Part shown: positions 21,046 through 29,759 of the stretch, in pieces
How the letters are laid out: each line of letters starts with the position of its first letter
How positions within the stretch are numbered: the stretch's first letter is position 1
Assembly (NCBI GenBank): GCA_052168235.1
Contig: JBQLZK010000073.1
Span: 1-29,811, forward strand
From: Thainema sp.
GTDB taxonomy: Bacteria > Cyanobacteriota > Cyanobacteriia > Phormidesmidales > Phormidesmidaceae
DNA: 29,811 nt
Reading direction: 5' to 3'
Program-made: the position numbers and the translations under genes
Notes under the pieces: generated by a model
Seen by the model: the letters and a program-made list of their open reading frames with translations, nothing else
What the model was told of the DNA's origin: nothing
Database searches by the model: none

Positions 21046-21458
21046 TGCAAGCTACAGCTAATAGCGATCGCGTAATGTACTGGGGAACTGGACGGCGCAA
21101 ATCGTCCGTGGCGCGTGTCCGTCTAGTACCTGGTAGCGGCAATTTAGTTATTAATGGCCGCCCTGGCGATAATTATCTCCAGTACAATGCGGCGTATCTT
21201 GCTTCTGCTAAAGCTCCGCTGGAGACGCTAGGCTTAGAGGGGGAGTATAATGTGCTGGTCAACGTCAATGGTGGCGGTCTGACCGGACAGGCTGATGCTA
21301 TTCGTTTGGGCGTAGCTCGTGCGCTTTGTCAGCTTGATCCTGCAAACCGTAAGCCCTTAAAAATTGAGGGATACCTGACTCGCGATCCCCGAGCCAAAGA
21401 ACGTAAGAAGTATGGTTTGAGAAAGGCTCGTAAAGCGCCTCAATACTCAAAGCGTTAA
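21045..21458 (+). CDS. rpsI: 30S ribosomal protein S9
   Basis: [39 protein letters not shown]. Confidence 0.99.
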   Translation: MQATANSDRVMYWGTGRRKSSVARVRLVPGSGNLVINGRPGDNYLQYNAAYLASAKAPLETLGLEGEYNVLVNVNGGGLTGQADAIRLGVARALCQLDPANRKPLKIEGYLTRDPRAKERKKYGLRKARKAPQYSKR

Positions 21459-21555
21459 TGCGATCGCAGCTTGTTTACGCAGCTTAAGTTACTCAAATCA
21501 ATTAAGTTGTTAGTTTTCTATCAAAATCCGTTAAAAGATTGCTGGAGGAATAATC

Positions 21556-21792
21556 ATGCCAAAGCCAGATATTCATCCTCAGTGGTATCCTGAGGCAAAG
21601 GTTTACTGCAATGGCGAAGTCGTCATGACCGTTGGTTCAACTCAACCTGAAATTCATGTTGACGTTTGGTCTGGAAACCATCCGTTTTATACAGGCACCC
21701 AAAAGATCATTGACACTGAGGGACGGGTTGAACGTTTCTTGAGAAAATACGGCATGATCGATGCCGAACAGTCTAATACTGAATCAGAATAG
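21556..21792 (+). CDS. rpmE: 50S ribosomal protein L31
   Basis: DIHPQWY, DVWSGNHPFYTG, DTEGRVERF; GGAGG RBS. Confidence 0.98.
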   Translation: MPKPDIHPQWYPEAKVYCNGEVVMTVGSTQPEIHVDVWSGNHPFYTGTQKIIDTEGRVERFLRKYGMIDAEQSNTESE

Positions 21793-21837
21793 TAATAGTT
21801 GCTGATGCTTCTAAAGCTTTCAGTTTAGTATTGACTT

Positions 21838-21875
21838 AAGTGATGTTGGCTAGTTTGTTGGGTCACATCACTTTT
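21838..21875 (+). terminator. probable intrinsic terminator or attenuator between rpmE and prfA
   Basis: AAGTGATGT(21838-21846)/ACATCACTT(21865-21873) stem ending in a short T-run. Confidence 0.5.
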
Positions 21876-21970
21876 ACTGATTCGCTGCATACAGCTTTGA
21901 GAGAGGTCGTGTATCGGAAGTAGCAGGTCAGTAACTGTAACGAATTGAACTTTCTCGCTTCCGTGTTTTT

Positions 21971-23080
21971 ATGGCTGAAACGTACCTGCTCGATAAACTC
22001 AACTCGGTAGAGCAAACTTTTCAAGAGTTGACTCGCCGCTTAGCTGATCCGGATGTTGCTACGGATCCAGTTGAGTTGCAGCGTGTAGCAAAGGCTCGTT
22101 CTTCTTTAGAAGAAACGGTGATGACGTTTCGTACCTGGAAGGAAAAGCAAGAAGAGCTATCTGGAGCAAAGCAGGTTTTGAAAGAGTCTGCTAGCGATCC
22201 AGAGCTGCGCGAGATGGCCAGCCTAGAAGTACAAGAGCTAGAGGCTGAGTTAGAGCGGTTAGAAGAACGCTTAAAAGTTCTGTTGCTGCCTCGCGATCCC
22301 AACGATGATAAGAACATCATGCTAGAAATTCGCGCTGGAACTGGGGGGGATGAAGCCTCAATTTGGGCGGGTGATTTGCTGCGGATGTATTCTCGATATG
22401 CTGAAGGGCACGGCTGGAAGGTCAAACTGGTTAGCGAATCTGTTGCGGACATGGGTGGATTCAAAGAAGTAATTCTTGAAATCCAAGGTGATCAAGTCTA
22501 CAGCGAGCTAAAGTTTGAGGCTGGCGTTCACCGCGTTCAGCGCGTACCGGTAACGGAAGCTGGAGGACGAGTTCATACATCTACTGCGACCGTTGCGGTA
22601 ATGCCTGAAGTAGACGACGTGGAAGTAGAGATCGATTCGAAAGATATCGAAGTCTCAACGGCTCGTTCTGGCGGTGCGGGTGGCCAGAACGTGAACAAGG
22701 TTGAAACGGCAGTAGACCTGTTCCATAAGCCGACGGGTATTCGTATTTTTTGTACAGAAGAGCGATCGCAGCTGCAGAACCGAGAACGAGCTATGCAGAT
22801 CCTGCGAGCTAAGCTGTACGAAATGAAGCTGCGTGAACAGCAGGAAGCGGTTACGTCGATGCGGCGTTCCCAGGTTGGTACAGGGGCCCGTTCTGAGAAA
22901 ATTCGCACCTATAACTACAAAGATAATCGCGTTACCGATCATCGTCTTCAGCAAAACTTTTCTCTAACTCCGGTACTAGAAGGAGATCTGGAGGAAATTA
23001 TTCAATCTTGTATTACTCAGGATCAGCAAGAACAGCTTGAAAAACTAGCGGCAGATTCATCTGAGACGGTTTCGATTTAA
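21971..23080 (+). CDS. prfA: peptide chain release factor 1
   Basis: [12 protein letters not shown] (PxT, RF1-specific), GAGGQNVNK (GGQ), RSEKIRTYN. Confidence 0.98.
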   Translation: MAETYLLDKLNSVEQTFQELTRRLADPDVATDPVELQRVAKARSSLEETVMTFRTWKEKQEELSGAKQVLKESASDPELREMASLEVQELEAELERLEERLKVLLLPRDPNDDKNIMLEIRAGTGGDEASIWAGDLLRMYSRYAEGHGWKVKLVSESVADMGGFKEVILEIQGDQVYSELKFEAGVHRVQRVPVTEAGGRVHTSTATVAVMPEVDDVEVEIDSKDIEVSTARSGGAGGQNVNKVETAVDLFHKPTGIRIFCTEERSQLQNRERAMQILRAKLYEMKLREQQEAVTSMRRSQVGTGARSEKIRTYNYKDNRVTDHRLQQNFSLTPVLEGDLEEIIQSCITQDQQEQLEKLAADSSETVSI

Positions 23081-23111
23081 GTTAGCTGTTGGCATACTGA
23101 AAATTAAGTAG

Positions 23112-23156
23112 AAGATAGAGGCGGGTGGTATGGTAGCACCCGCCTCTATCTTTTTA
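23112..23156. terminator. intrinsic terminator after prfA, probably bidirectional
   Basis: 16-bp perfect stem AAGATAGAGGCGGGTG(23112-23127)/CACCCGCCTCTATCTT(23137-23152) with a T-run; lies between convergent genes. Confidence 0.85.
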
Positions 23157-23178
23157 TTGCATTGGAACCCTAGTCACT

Positions 23179-23550
23179 TTATTCTGCTGGTGAAGCTTCT
23201 TCATTTTCAGCAGCATCATCAGAGCTACTACCATTTAGACGTTCTTCGCGCAGTCTAAAAAACTCGGTGGCAGCATCACCCATGCGTTCTTGTTGCCGAA
23301 GCTGATACTGCTCCATCGTTGTGCCATTGGATAAATTGAAGCGATGAAAGAAATCCATAGCGTCGCCAATACCAGCTTCGCCACCGGAGAAGACGCCATC
23401 AGGGCTGTCTTGAGTTCCAAGTCCTTCCAAGGGATCAATATCAGATGCGGTTTGCGCTGCAATCGGAAGCGATACCCCAATCGCTAGCGAACCGACGCTG
23501 ACAAGAGCAGCAATATTCCGAGCTAACCGTGATGTGTGGATTTTCAACAT
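23179..23550 (-). CDS. hypothetical secreted protein
   Basis: 123-aa ORF with GAGGAG RBS, Sec-type signal peptide (hydrophobic stretch ending IAA|Q) and an acidic mature part. Confidence 0.75.
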   Translation of the reverse strand: MLKIHTSRLARNIAALVSVGSLAIGVSLPIAAQTASDIDPLEGLGTQDSPDGVFSGGEAGIGDAMDFFHRFNLSNGTTMEQYQLRQQERMGDAATEFFRLREERLNGSSSDDAAENEEASPAE

Positions 23551-23736
23551 ATTAAAGACTCCTCACCCAAGCTGAAGCAAGTAATTTGAAAAGGATAGAG
23601 ATGACATCAATAGTAAAGTACAGCTGCACTTTACTATCTATGGTAGCAGTGACGAAGTTCTGAGTAATTTGCTCCCAGTGTAACACTGGATTCTAGCTGC
23701 GCTGGTGAAGACAATTTGTGTTGAAGCTTTGGCGAC

Positions 23737-24645
23737 TTATGCCATTCGTCGACGGAGTAAGGGCTGGATGAGGGTAAGTGCGATCGCACTAAATCCTACC
23801 AAGATTGCTAGTGCTACTCCCATCGTGACTGACCCAAAAGGAGCCTGTAGAACAACGCTACCTAACGACCAGTCGCTGTGCAGATATACATAGCGAATTG
23901 GCTCAATGGCATAGGTGAGAGGATTCAAGCTGGCGACGAGCTGTAACCATTGGGGCATAAAGGATAGAGGTACTAGGGCTGTACTGGAAAATAGTAGCGG
24001 TAGGTTGGTCACAAAAATGACGGCGATCAGTTCAATGTGACCTGGTAAAGCAAAGGACAAGCCTAAACTTAAAGCTGTGACACCCAATACCAGTAGCATG
24101 ACGATCCCTACAACTAGGGCTAGACCCAGGGGATCGGGCAGTCCTGCACCTAGTAGAGCGCTCATGGCGATAATAGCGGCGGTTTGAATTAAGCTCATGA
24201 CCGCGATAAAAATGGCTGAGGCGAAAACAATTGAAAAGCGGGATGCTAGTGGTGCCACGAGCAGTCGGTTGAGAAAGCCAAATTCGCGATCGAACATGAC
24301 GGGTAGACCCGCATTAAGTGCGCCACCAAAAGCAGTGAAAACGATAATGCCTGCACCTAAAAATTGACCGTAGTTTTGACTCTCACCAAAGAGTCCCTGC
24401 GGTACGTTTTGAAATAGCGCGCCGAATAGAATCAGCCACATCAACGGCTGCACAATTCCAGCGATCAAGGTTGATGGCCGCCGCTGGAGCTGAATAAATA
24501 AGCGCTTAGTCAGCGCAGCCGTTTCTTGAAAGAAGTCGCCGGAAAATAGGCCAGTGGATTTTTGGGATGTCGCTTCAGTCTGCTTCCACTGGCGAATTTG
24601 CGGATTGTCGATTTTAGATTTGGATGGAGTAACCGTGCTACTCAT
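23737..24645 (-). CDS. ycf38: ABC-2 type transporter permease (Ycf38-like)
   Basis: About 6 TM helices, FDREFGFLNRLLVAP, LNPLTYAIE; GAGGA RBS; downstream of a DrrA-type ATPase gene. Confidence 0.85.
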   Translation of the reverse strand: MSSTVTPSKSKIDNPQIRQWKQTEATSQKSTGLFSGDFFQETAALTKRLFIQLQRRPSTLIAGIVQPLMWLILFGALFQNVPQGLFGESQNYGQFLGAGIIVFTAFGGALNAGLPVMFDREFGFLNRLLVAPLASRFSIVFASAIFIAVMSLIQTAAIIAMSALLGAGLPDPLGLALVVGIVMLLVLGVTALSLGLSFALPGHIELIAVIFVTNLPLLFSSTALVPLSFMPQWLQLVASLNPLTYAIEPIRYVYLHSDWSLGSVVLQAPFGSVTMGVALAILVGFSAIALTLIQPLLRRRMA

Positions 24646-24703
24646 GGCAGATCCTCGTTACGTCTTGCTTATTTGGCAGGAGTTGACTGTAGAGATTAAA
24701 AGC

Positions 24704-24724
24704 GGTGGGCAGTGCCCACCCGAC
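24704..24724 (-). repeat. REP-like short palindrome
   Basis: Minus strand reads GTCG-GGTGGGCA-C-TGCCCACC: GTAG-like tetranucleotide plus a GC-rich palindrome, in the ABC intergenic gap. Confidence 0.55.
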
Positions 24725-24731
24725 AAGAGTT

Positions 24732-25754
24732 TTAAGTTCCTTTCATAGCTTGCTTTCGCTCGGCCTTCAGGTCACGCTGACCCGATGCAGCGAGTTCGGC
24801 GTCGTTAATCGTGCGACCCGTTGCGGCTAGGTAAACATCATCTAGGCTGGGGCGGGATTGAGAGATCCCAAAGGTAGGCAGGCCAGCAGCCTGTAGCTTT
24901 TGCTGAATGGTGATTAGTGCATCGTCTTGCGGCGTGACGACTAAATTAATAGAGTTGCCTTGAGCCTCATTGACGATCACTTCTTGCACAAAGGGCAAAT
25001 CATTCAAAATCCTTTTTGCCTGCGCCACTTCTTCGTCGGGCGTAAATTCGCGAATCCGGAGCGTTACCCGATCGCCGCCCACTTGATCTTTCAATTCAGA
25101 CGGTGTACCAGCAGCAATCACAACGCCCCTGTCAATAATTGCTACTCGATCAGCCAGGATATCGACTTCTTCTAAATAATGACTGGTGATCAAGACGGTC
25201 GTGCCGTTGTCTCGTAGCTGCCGTAAGAAACTCCAGACGGCTGAACGGCTTTCGATATCTAGACCAACAGTGGGTTCATCCAGCACTAGCACATCCGGCT
25301 GATGCAGCATGCCAGCAGCGAGATCTAAGCGCTTGCGAATTCCGCCGGAGTAGGTGCCTGTTTTCTTATCGGCCCAGTCGCCAATTTCCAACAGGTCAAT
25401 GAGCTGATTAATGCGATCGCGCATGAGCGACTTCGGCAGATGATACAGAGCGGCCTGAAGTTCTAATAACTCGCGCCCAGTCAATACCTTGTCGAGCGCA
25501 ACTTCTTGGGCCACATAGCCCAACCGCTGCCGCGCAAAAGTGGGATTCTCTAAGACAGATACACCAGACACTTCGATTCGGCCTGCATCCGGTGTCGCTA
25601 ACGTGCAAAGACACCGAATTGTGGTGGTTTTTCCGGCACCATTGGGGCCGAGCAGGCCAAAGATTTCACCCGGTTCGATTTGAAGAGATACGTCTCGAAC
25701 AGCCTGCACCGTTCCATAGCTCTTCTGGAGATTTTCGATTACAACCGCTGCCAT
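24732..25754 (-). CDS. ABC transporter ATP-binding protein (DrrA family)
   Basis: Walker A GPNGAGKTT, signature YSGGIRKR, Walker B VLVLDEPT, H-loop TSHY; ATG at 25754. Confidence 0.95.
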   Translation of the reverse strand: MAAVVIENLQKSYGTVQAVRDVSLQIEPGEIFGLLGPNGAGKTTTIRCLCTLATPDAGRIEVSGVSVLENPTFARQRLGYVAQEVALDKVLTGRELLELQAALYHLPKSLMRDRINQLIDLLEIGDWADKKTGTYSGGIRKRLDLAAGMLHQPDVLVLDEPTVGLDIESRSAVWSFLRQLRDNGTTVLITSHYLEEVDILADRVAIIDRGVVIAAGTPSELKDQVGGDRVTLRIREFTPDEEVAQAKRILNDLPFVQEVIVNEAQGNSINLVVTPQDDALITIQQKLQAAGLPTFGISQSRPSLDDVYLAATGRTINDAELAASGQRDLKAERKQAMKGT

Positions 25755-25837
25755 AGAAAACGACAAACTCGTTTTATACTTACAGGTTTATTCTAGGTAA
25801 TCATGCGCAATCTTGCCGGGAAGAAAACACGAAACGT

Positions 25838-26551
25838 TTAAGACTCGCCATTGGACGAGGGTTCTGGGCAGGTTTGATTGGCAAAATCGCATCGATAAAT
25901 GTGTTGTTCTTGCCAACTGAGCGGAATCTCCAACAAGTCGCGAGTACCCGTGATGCCCTGACCCAGGAAGAACAAGAGCGCGATGCTATTGAGGATGATG
26001 TGGGTGCGACGCCATGATTTGGAGCGATAGATTTCTGGCAGGATGGCGACGGAAATAATCATCAACGTGGCGGCAATCATGCCGTAGTAATAGTGGGAAA
26101 CCTGCCACTCATAGCCCCGACGAAATACGCCATCCTGGCAGCCCAAAATAATCAGTCCAGTAGTCGTTAATGCCGCAAAGACAGCCCGCCAGAGCTTGGC
26201 CTGCGCTCGATACAGCAGTGCCATACAGGCAATAGTCGCCACAAACATCAGCGCAATAAATGCCACTTGGAACGGTTCTTCCGTCCATAGATTATTGCGG
26301 ATGATGTTTTTGAAGATGGGATAGGCCAAACCTATTAGCGCTAAACCGACAACGGCTCCAGCCAGCCAACGACCGATTTGGAAATGCTCACGTCCAACAA
26401 CGGGTGGAATTTTGCTTTTCTCTTTGGCCTCAGCTTGTAAACGGCGTTGACGGGTCTGCCAAGCGAAGTAGCTGGTAATGCCAACTAGGGGAAAGACCAG
26501 AATAACTGCGATCGCAGGATGAAGTAACCGGAGCCAATCAACTGTAGTCAT
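25838..26551 (-). CDS. DUF4079-like integral membrane protein
   Basis: About 6 TM helices with conserved His residues (LLHP, EHFQIG, SHYYYG, RTHIILN) and GQGITGTRDLLEIPLSWQ, recalled as typical of cyanobacterial DUF4079 proteins. Confidence 0.8.
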   Translation of the reverse strand: MTTVDWLRLLHPAIAVILVFPLVGITSYFAWQTRQRRLQAEAKEKSKIPPVVGREHFQIGRWLAGAVVGLALIGLAYPIFKNIIRNNLWTEEPFQVAFIALMFVATIACMALLYRAQAKLWRAVFAALTTTGLIILGCQDGVFRRGYEWQVSHYYYGMIAATLMIISVAILPEIYRSKSWRRTHIILNSIALLFFLGQGITGTRDLLEIPLSWQEQHIYRCDFANQTCPEPSSNGES

Positions 26552-26632
26552 AAATCAACCTTTAACGCTTGTTGTTTACCATAAACGCGGTTGTCACTGG
26601 ACTGGATGATTTTTAGTTCAGAACTGGGCAAC

Positions 26633-26665
26633 AATTTTTTCAGCAAATTCTCAGATAAATCTCAG
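26633..26665. promoter_or_regulatory. three tandem 11-bp direct repeats, candidate OmpR/PhoB-family operator
   Basis: AATTTTTTCAG CAAATTCTCAG ATAAATCTCAG, with TCAG recurring at exact 11-bp spacing. Confidence 0.5.
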
Positions 26666-27159
26666 TTTGTTGTGGTGACTATAAATCAGGAAAGCAAGGT
26701 GTGGATAATCCGCGTTGAATTAGTCTGCTAAAAGAATAAGGGATTGTACAGTTTTTTGTTGATCGTTGTTTGGATTCAGCTCTAATCCAAGAATTTGCTC
26801 TGAATAAAGATATTTGTGGCAAAGGTGGATCTAGGAAACCGATTTGCTTTTTACAGCGTAGACGTATTGAAGAAAACAACAGTGGATAGTTGAACCGCGT
26901 ATGTTAAGTATCTATGACTATCAATAGATTGACGAGGTTAGTTTGAGTCGTTAAAAAAACATCTGAAGCAATAAAAACGCGATCGTGGTCGAATTCTACT
27001 GTTTTTATCTAAACGAAATAGGGCAGCAAATACTTATCACTGCATTATTCAACGCGACTGAGTGATATGTCATTATTCCTGATGGTTTCACCATGCCATT
27101 GATTGTTCTTCCGTAACTGATGAAACCTCTATAGGCTGGGCTGTTTGTCATAGGAAATC

Positions 27160-29469
27160 ATGACTTTTTTAGAAAAACTGGATCGCGATCGCGTTCCTCA
27201 AACCAAGCGGCGTCCGAGTGGCATCTTGGGTATTCCCATTGCTACGGCTGTCATGGTCGCCATTGTTTTAGTTTCAGGTGCGGTGGTCATAGCTTGGTTT
27301 GCCGGAGAAGGGCGAATCAACGCCATTTTTAACCAAATTAATATGCTCCAGCAGCAACCGCCTATCTGGCTAGAGGTGCCGATGATGACCACCAGCTATT
27401 TGCTAGCTCCTATGGTAGTGCTGTTTTTGGTGGCCTTTGCGATTACTAAAATCTCACCCGAACCGCGCCCTTGGTCGCGGTTTATCGTGGTGTCAATTTT
27501 ATTGCTGCTGGTCGGTCGCTATCTGCTGTGGCGATCGCTGTCAACATTGAATCTGGATACGCCATTAAATGGTGTTTTCAGCTTAGGTCTGTTTGCAATG
27601 GAACTGCTGGGGCTGACGGGCAGCATCATCCAGCTTGTGCTGATCCTGCGGGCCCGCGATCGCCATCGCCAAGCAGACGAAATGGCGGTTGCTGTTGAGG
27701 AAAGTACCTACTTGCCGTCGGTTGATGTACTGATTCCCACCTATGATGAGCCTACGTTTATCCTGCGCCGCACCATCATTGGCTGTCAGGCGATGGACTA
27801 CCCCAGCAAAACGGTTTACCTGCTGGACGATACCCGTCGGCCTGAAATTCGATCCTTGGCGCAGGAACTGGGCTGCCATTATGTCACCCGTCCGAATAAT
27901 GACCATGCCAAAGCGGGCAATCTCAACCATGCGATCGCACAAACGCAGGGTGAACTGATCGCCTCATTTGATGCTGACTTTGTACCGACGCGCAACTTCC
28001 TCAAGCGCACGGTTGGTTTCTTCCAATCTGAGAACACAGCTTTAGTGCAAACTCCACAGAGCTTTTATAATCCCGATCCGATTGCCCGCAATCTGGGTTT
28101 GGAAGACATTCTGACCCCGGATGAAGAGGTGTTTTATCGCCAAATTCAACCGATGCGAGATGGCGCAGGCAGCGTGGTTTGTTCAGGTACCTCGTTTGTG
28201 GTGCGCCGCAGTGCGTTACAGGCCGCAGGCGGATTTGTCACAGATTCGATCAGCGAAGACTACTTTACAGCCGTTCAACTGGCCGCCAAAGGATATGACA
28301 TTATTTACCTGGACGAAAAGCTGAGTGCGGGATTAGCGGCTGAAAGTATTGCTGCTTATGCTGTGCAGCGTTTACGTTGGGCGCGAGGTACGCTACAGTC
28401 CTTTTTTATTGACTCCAACCCGCTTACGATTCCAGGTTTAACGCTGATGCAGCGGCTAGGCCATTTTGAGGGCATTCTGCACTGGTTTACCAGCCTATCG
28501 CGAATTGTGTTCCTACTCATGCCGCTGGCCTATTCATTTCTTGGCGTCATTCCGATTCGGGCGTCCATCACGGAATTACTGTACTTTTTCTTGCCCTACT
28601 ATTTAGTGCAGATTACGGTATTCGCTTGGCTGAATCGCCATTCCCGCTCAGCCCTGCTTTCAGATGTTTACTCGCTCGTTCTGGTGTTTCCGCTGGCGAT
28701 CACCGTATTACAAGCCATGTTTCTGCCGTTTTATGGAGGTGGGTTCAAAGTCACGCCCAAAGGCAGCGCTAGCGATCGCTTTAACTTCAACTGGAAACTC
28801 GCTTGGCCGTTGGTGATTACGTTTGTCCTGACGGCCTTTAGCCTGTGGCGCAACTTGGGCATGTGTATGGTCAAGGGCAACTGGCTGACGACGGTGCCGC
28901 CCGAAATGGCAGCGCAGATTCGCGGCATGGGAGTTGGCTGGATCTGGAGCGCTTACAACCTCTTAATGCTAGGCATCACGCTGATCATTCTGCTGGATAC
29001 TCCGCTCTTGGATGTCTATACTTGGTTCGACTTACGGCGAGTGGTGCGGCTCCGGATTGTCGATGCGGTCGGCGAATTGTCTGATCAAACCTGGTGGGGC
29101 ATCACCACGATGATTTCTGAAACAGGCGCGCAAATCGCCGTCACTCAGGGCGGCTTACCCCGGCTGTCGAGAGGTGAAACGTTGCCCGTTGAGCTAGAAA
29201 TTGTGGAGGAACGACTTCACCTACAGGGAACATTGGTTGGTGATGGCATGGATGGTGAATTTCCCTGTGTTCAGGTTGTATTTGAACCCTATGGCCTTGA
29301 ACATCAGCGTCGTCTCGTCGAGGCGCTCTATTGTCGTCCGGGCCAGTGGAAGCGCTGGAAAACCCCTGGTGAGCTTCAGTCACTCTGGCTGATGCTGCGC
29401 ATTCTGTTTCGTGCCCGTATTCTGACCCGTAACACTCAGGTGAAGGTGACGACTGTGGCCAAAACATAG
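27160..29469 (+). CDS. bcsA: cellulose synthase catalytic subunit-like GT2 (BcsA/CesA family) with PilZ-like C-terminus
   Basis: VDVLIPTYDEP, LLDDT, HAKAGNLN, FDADF, QTPQ, SED, QRLRW (D,D,D,QxxRW), FKVTPK gating loop, multiple TM helices. Confidence 0.88.
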   Translation: MTFLEKLDRDRVPQTKRRPSGILGIPIATAVMVAIVLVSGAVVIAWFAGEGRINAIFNQINMLQQQPPIWLEVPMMTTSYLLAPMVVLFLVAFAITKISPEPRPWSRFIVVSILLLLVGRYLLWRSLSTLNLDTPLNGVFSLGLFAMELLGLTGSIIQLVLILRARDRHRQADEMAVAVEESTYLPSVDVLIPTYDEPTFILRRTIIGCQAMDYPSKTVYLLDDTRRPEIRSLAQELGCHYVTRPNNDHAKAGNLNHAIAQTQGELIASFDADFVPTRNFLKRTVGFFQSENTALVQTPQSFYNPDPIARNLGLEDILTPDEEVFYRQIQPMRDGAGSVVCSGTSFVVRRSALQAAGGFVTDSISEDYFTAVQLAAKGYDIIYLDEKLSAGLAAESIAAYAVQRLRWARGTLQSFFIDSNPLTIPGLTLMQRLGHFEGILHWFTSLSRIVFLLMPLAYSFLGVIPIRASITELLYFFLPYYLVQITVFAWLNRHSRSALLSDVYSLVLVFPLAITVLQAMFLPFYGGGFKVTPKGSASDRFNFNWKLAWPLVITFVLTAFSLWRNLGMCMVKGNWLTTVPPEMAAQIRGMGVGWIWSAYNLLMLGITLIILLDTPLLDVYTWFDLRRVVRLRIVDAVGELSDQTWWGITTMISETGAQIAVTQGGLPRLSRGETLPVELEIVEERLHLQGTLVGDGMDGEFPCVQVVFEPYGLEHQRRLVEALYCRPGQWKRWKTPGELQSLWLMLRILFRARILTRNTQVKVTTVAKT

Positions 29470-29648
29470 CCGTTGCGAGTTTGAGTGCAAAACCTTCTTT
29501 ACATTCTTCACAGAATTTTGCTCCCCCGACTCCCCTGCCCCCAGTCCTGTAATATTCTGCACAGCATTCGTAACTCAGCGTTTGCAGGCTTTTCGCTTTA
29601 ACTATCCCCAACTTATTCCTTCTATCGATAGAACTTATCTAATATTCC

Positions 29649-29677
29649 TTTACAAACCGCAATAATTTCGTTAATGT
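29649..29677 (+). promoter_or_regulatory. psbA promoter
   Basis: -35 TTTACA (29649-29654), 17-bp spacer, -10 TAATGT (29672-29677), about 80 nt upstream of the psbA ATG. Confidence 0.65.
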
Positions 29678-29759
29678 AAGTACATACATAACAAAGCCGT
29701 TCGTCTTTTACAGATGAGCGCATTCACTCCAACAACGTAGATAACGGACTTATTTCACT

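Larger units (their letters stand above)
528..28779. repeat. HIP1 octamers (GCGATCGC), dispersed
   Basis: Manually found at 528, 2273, 2673, 2868, 3035, 4259, 5039, 8086, 11646, 13293, 16797, 19473, 21064, 21460, 22762, 23780, 25413, 26508, 27185, 27531, 27656, 27931 and 28772. Confidence 0.9.

Noticed and set aside
21556..21792. L31 lacking a Zn ribbon (one Cys) while L36 is C+
   Set aside because: Typical of cyanobacterial L31; no evidence of a zinc-regulated paralog swap.
5288..22954. Numerous minus-strand and alternative-frame ORFs over r-protein genes and prfA (e.g. 10733-11230, 13239-13739, 20520-20951, 22021-22464)
   Set aside because: Shadow ORFs of conserved genes, with no RBS or motif support.
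26679..26879. 66-aa minus-strand ORF in the DUF4079-bcsA intergenic region
   Set aside because: Non-ATG start, no RBS, AT-rich promoter-like DNA and no recognisable protein features.
26950..27159. Possible c-di-GMP riboswitch upstream of bcsA
   Set aside because: Only a short GGTTTCA/TGAAACC stem is present; the class I consensus elements were not found.
29498..29514. HLR1/RpaB-like repeat TTTACATT-C-TTCACAGA upstream of psbA
   Set aside because: Spacing is 1 nt rather than 2, the second half-site is poor, and it lies far from the promoter.
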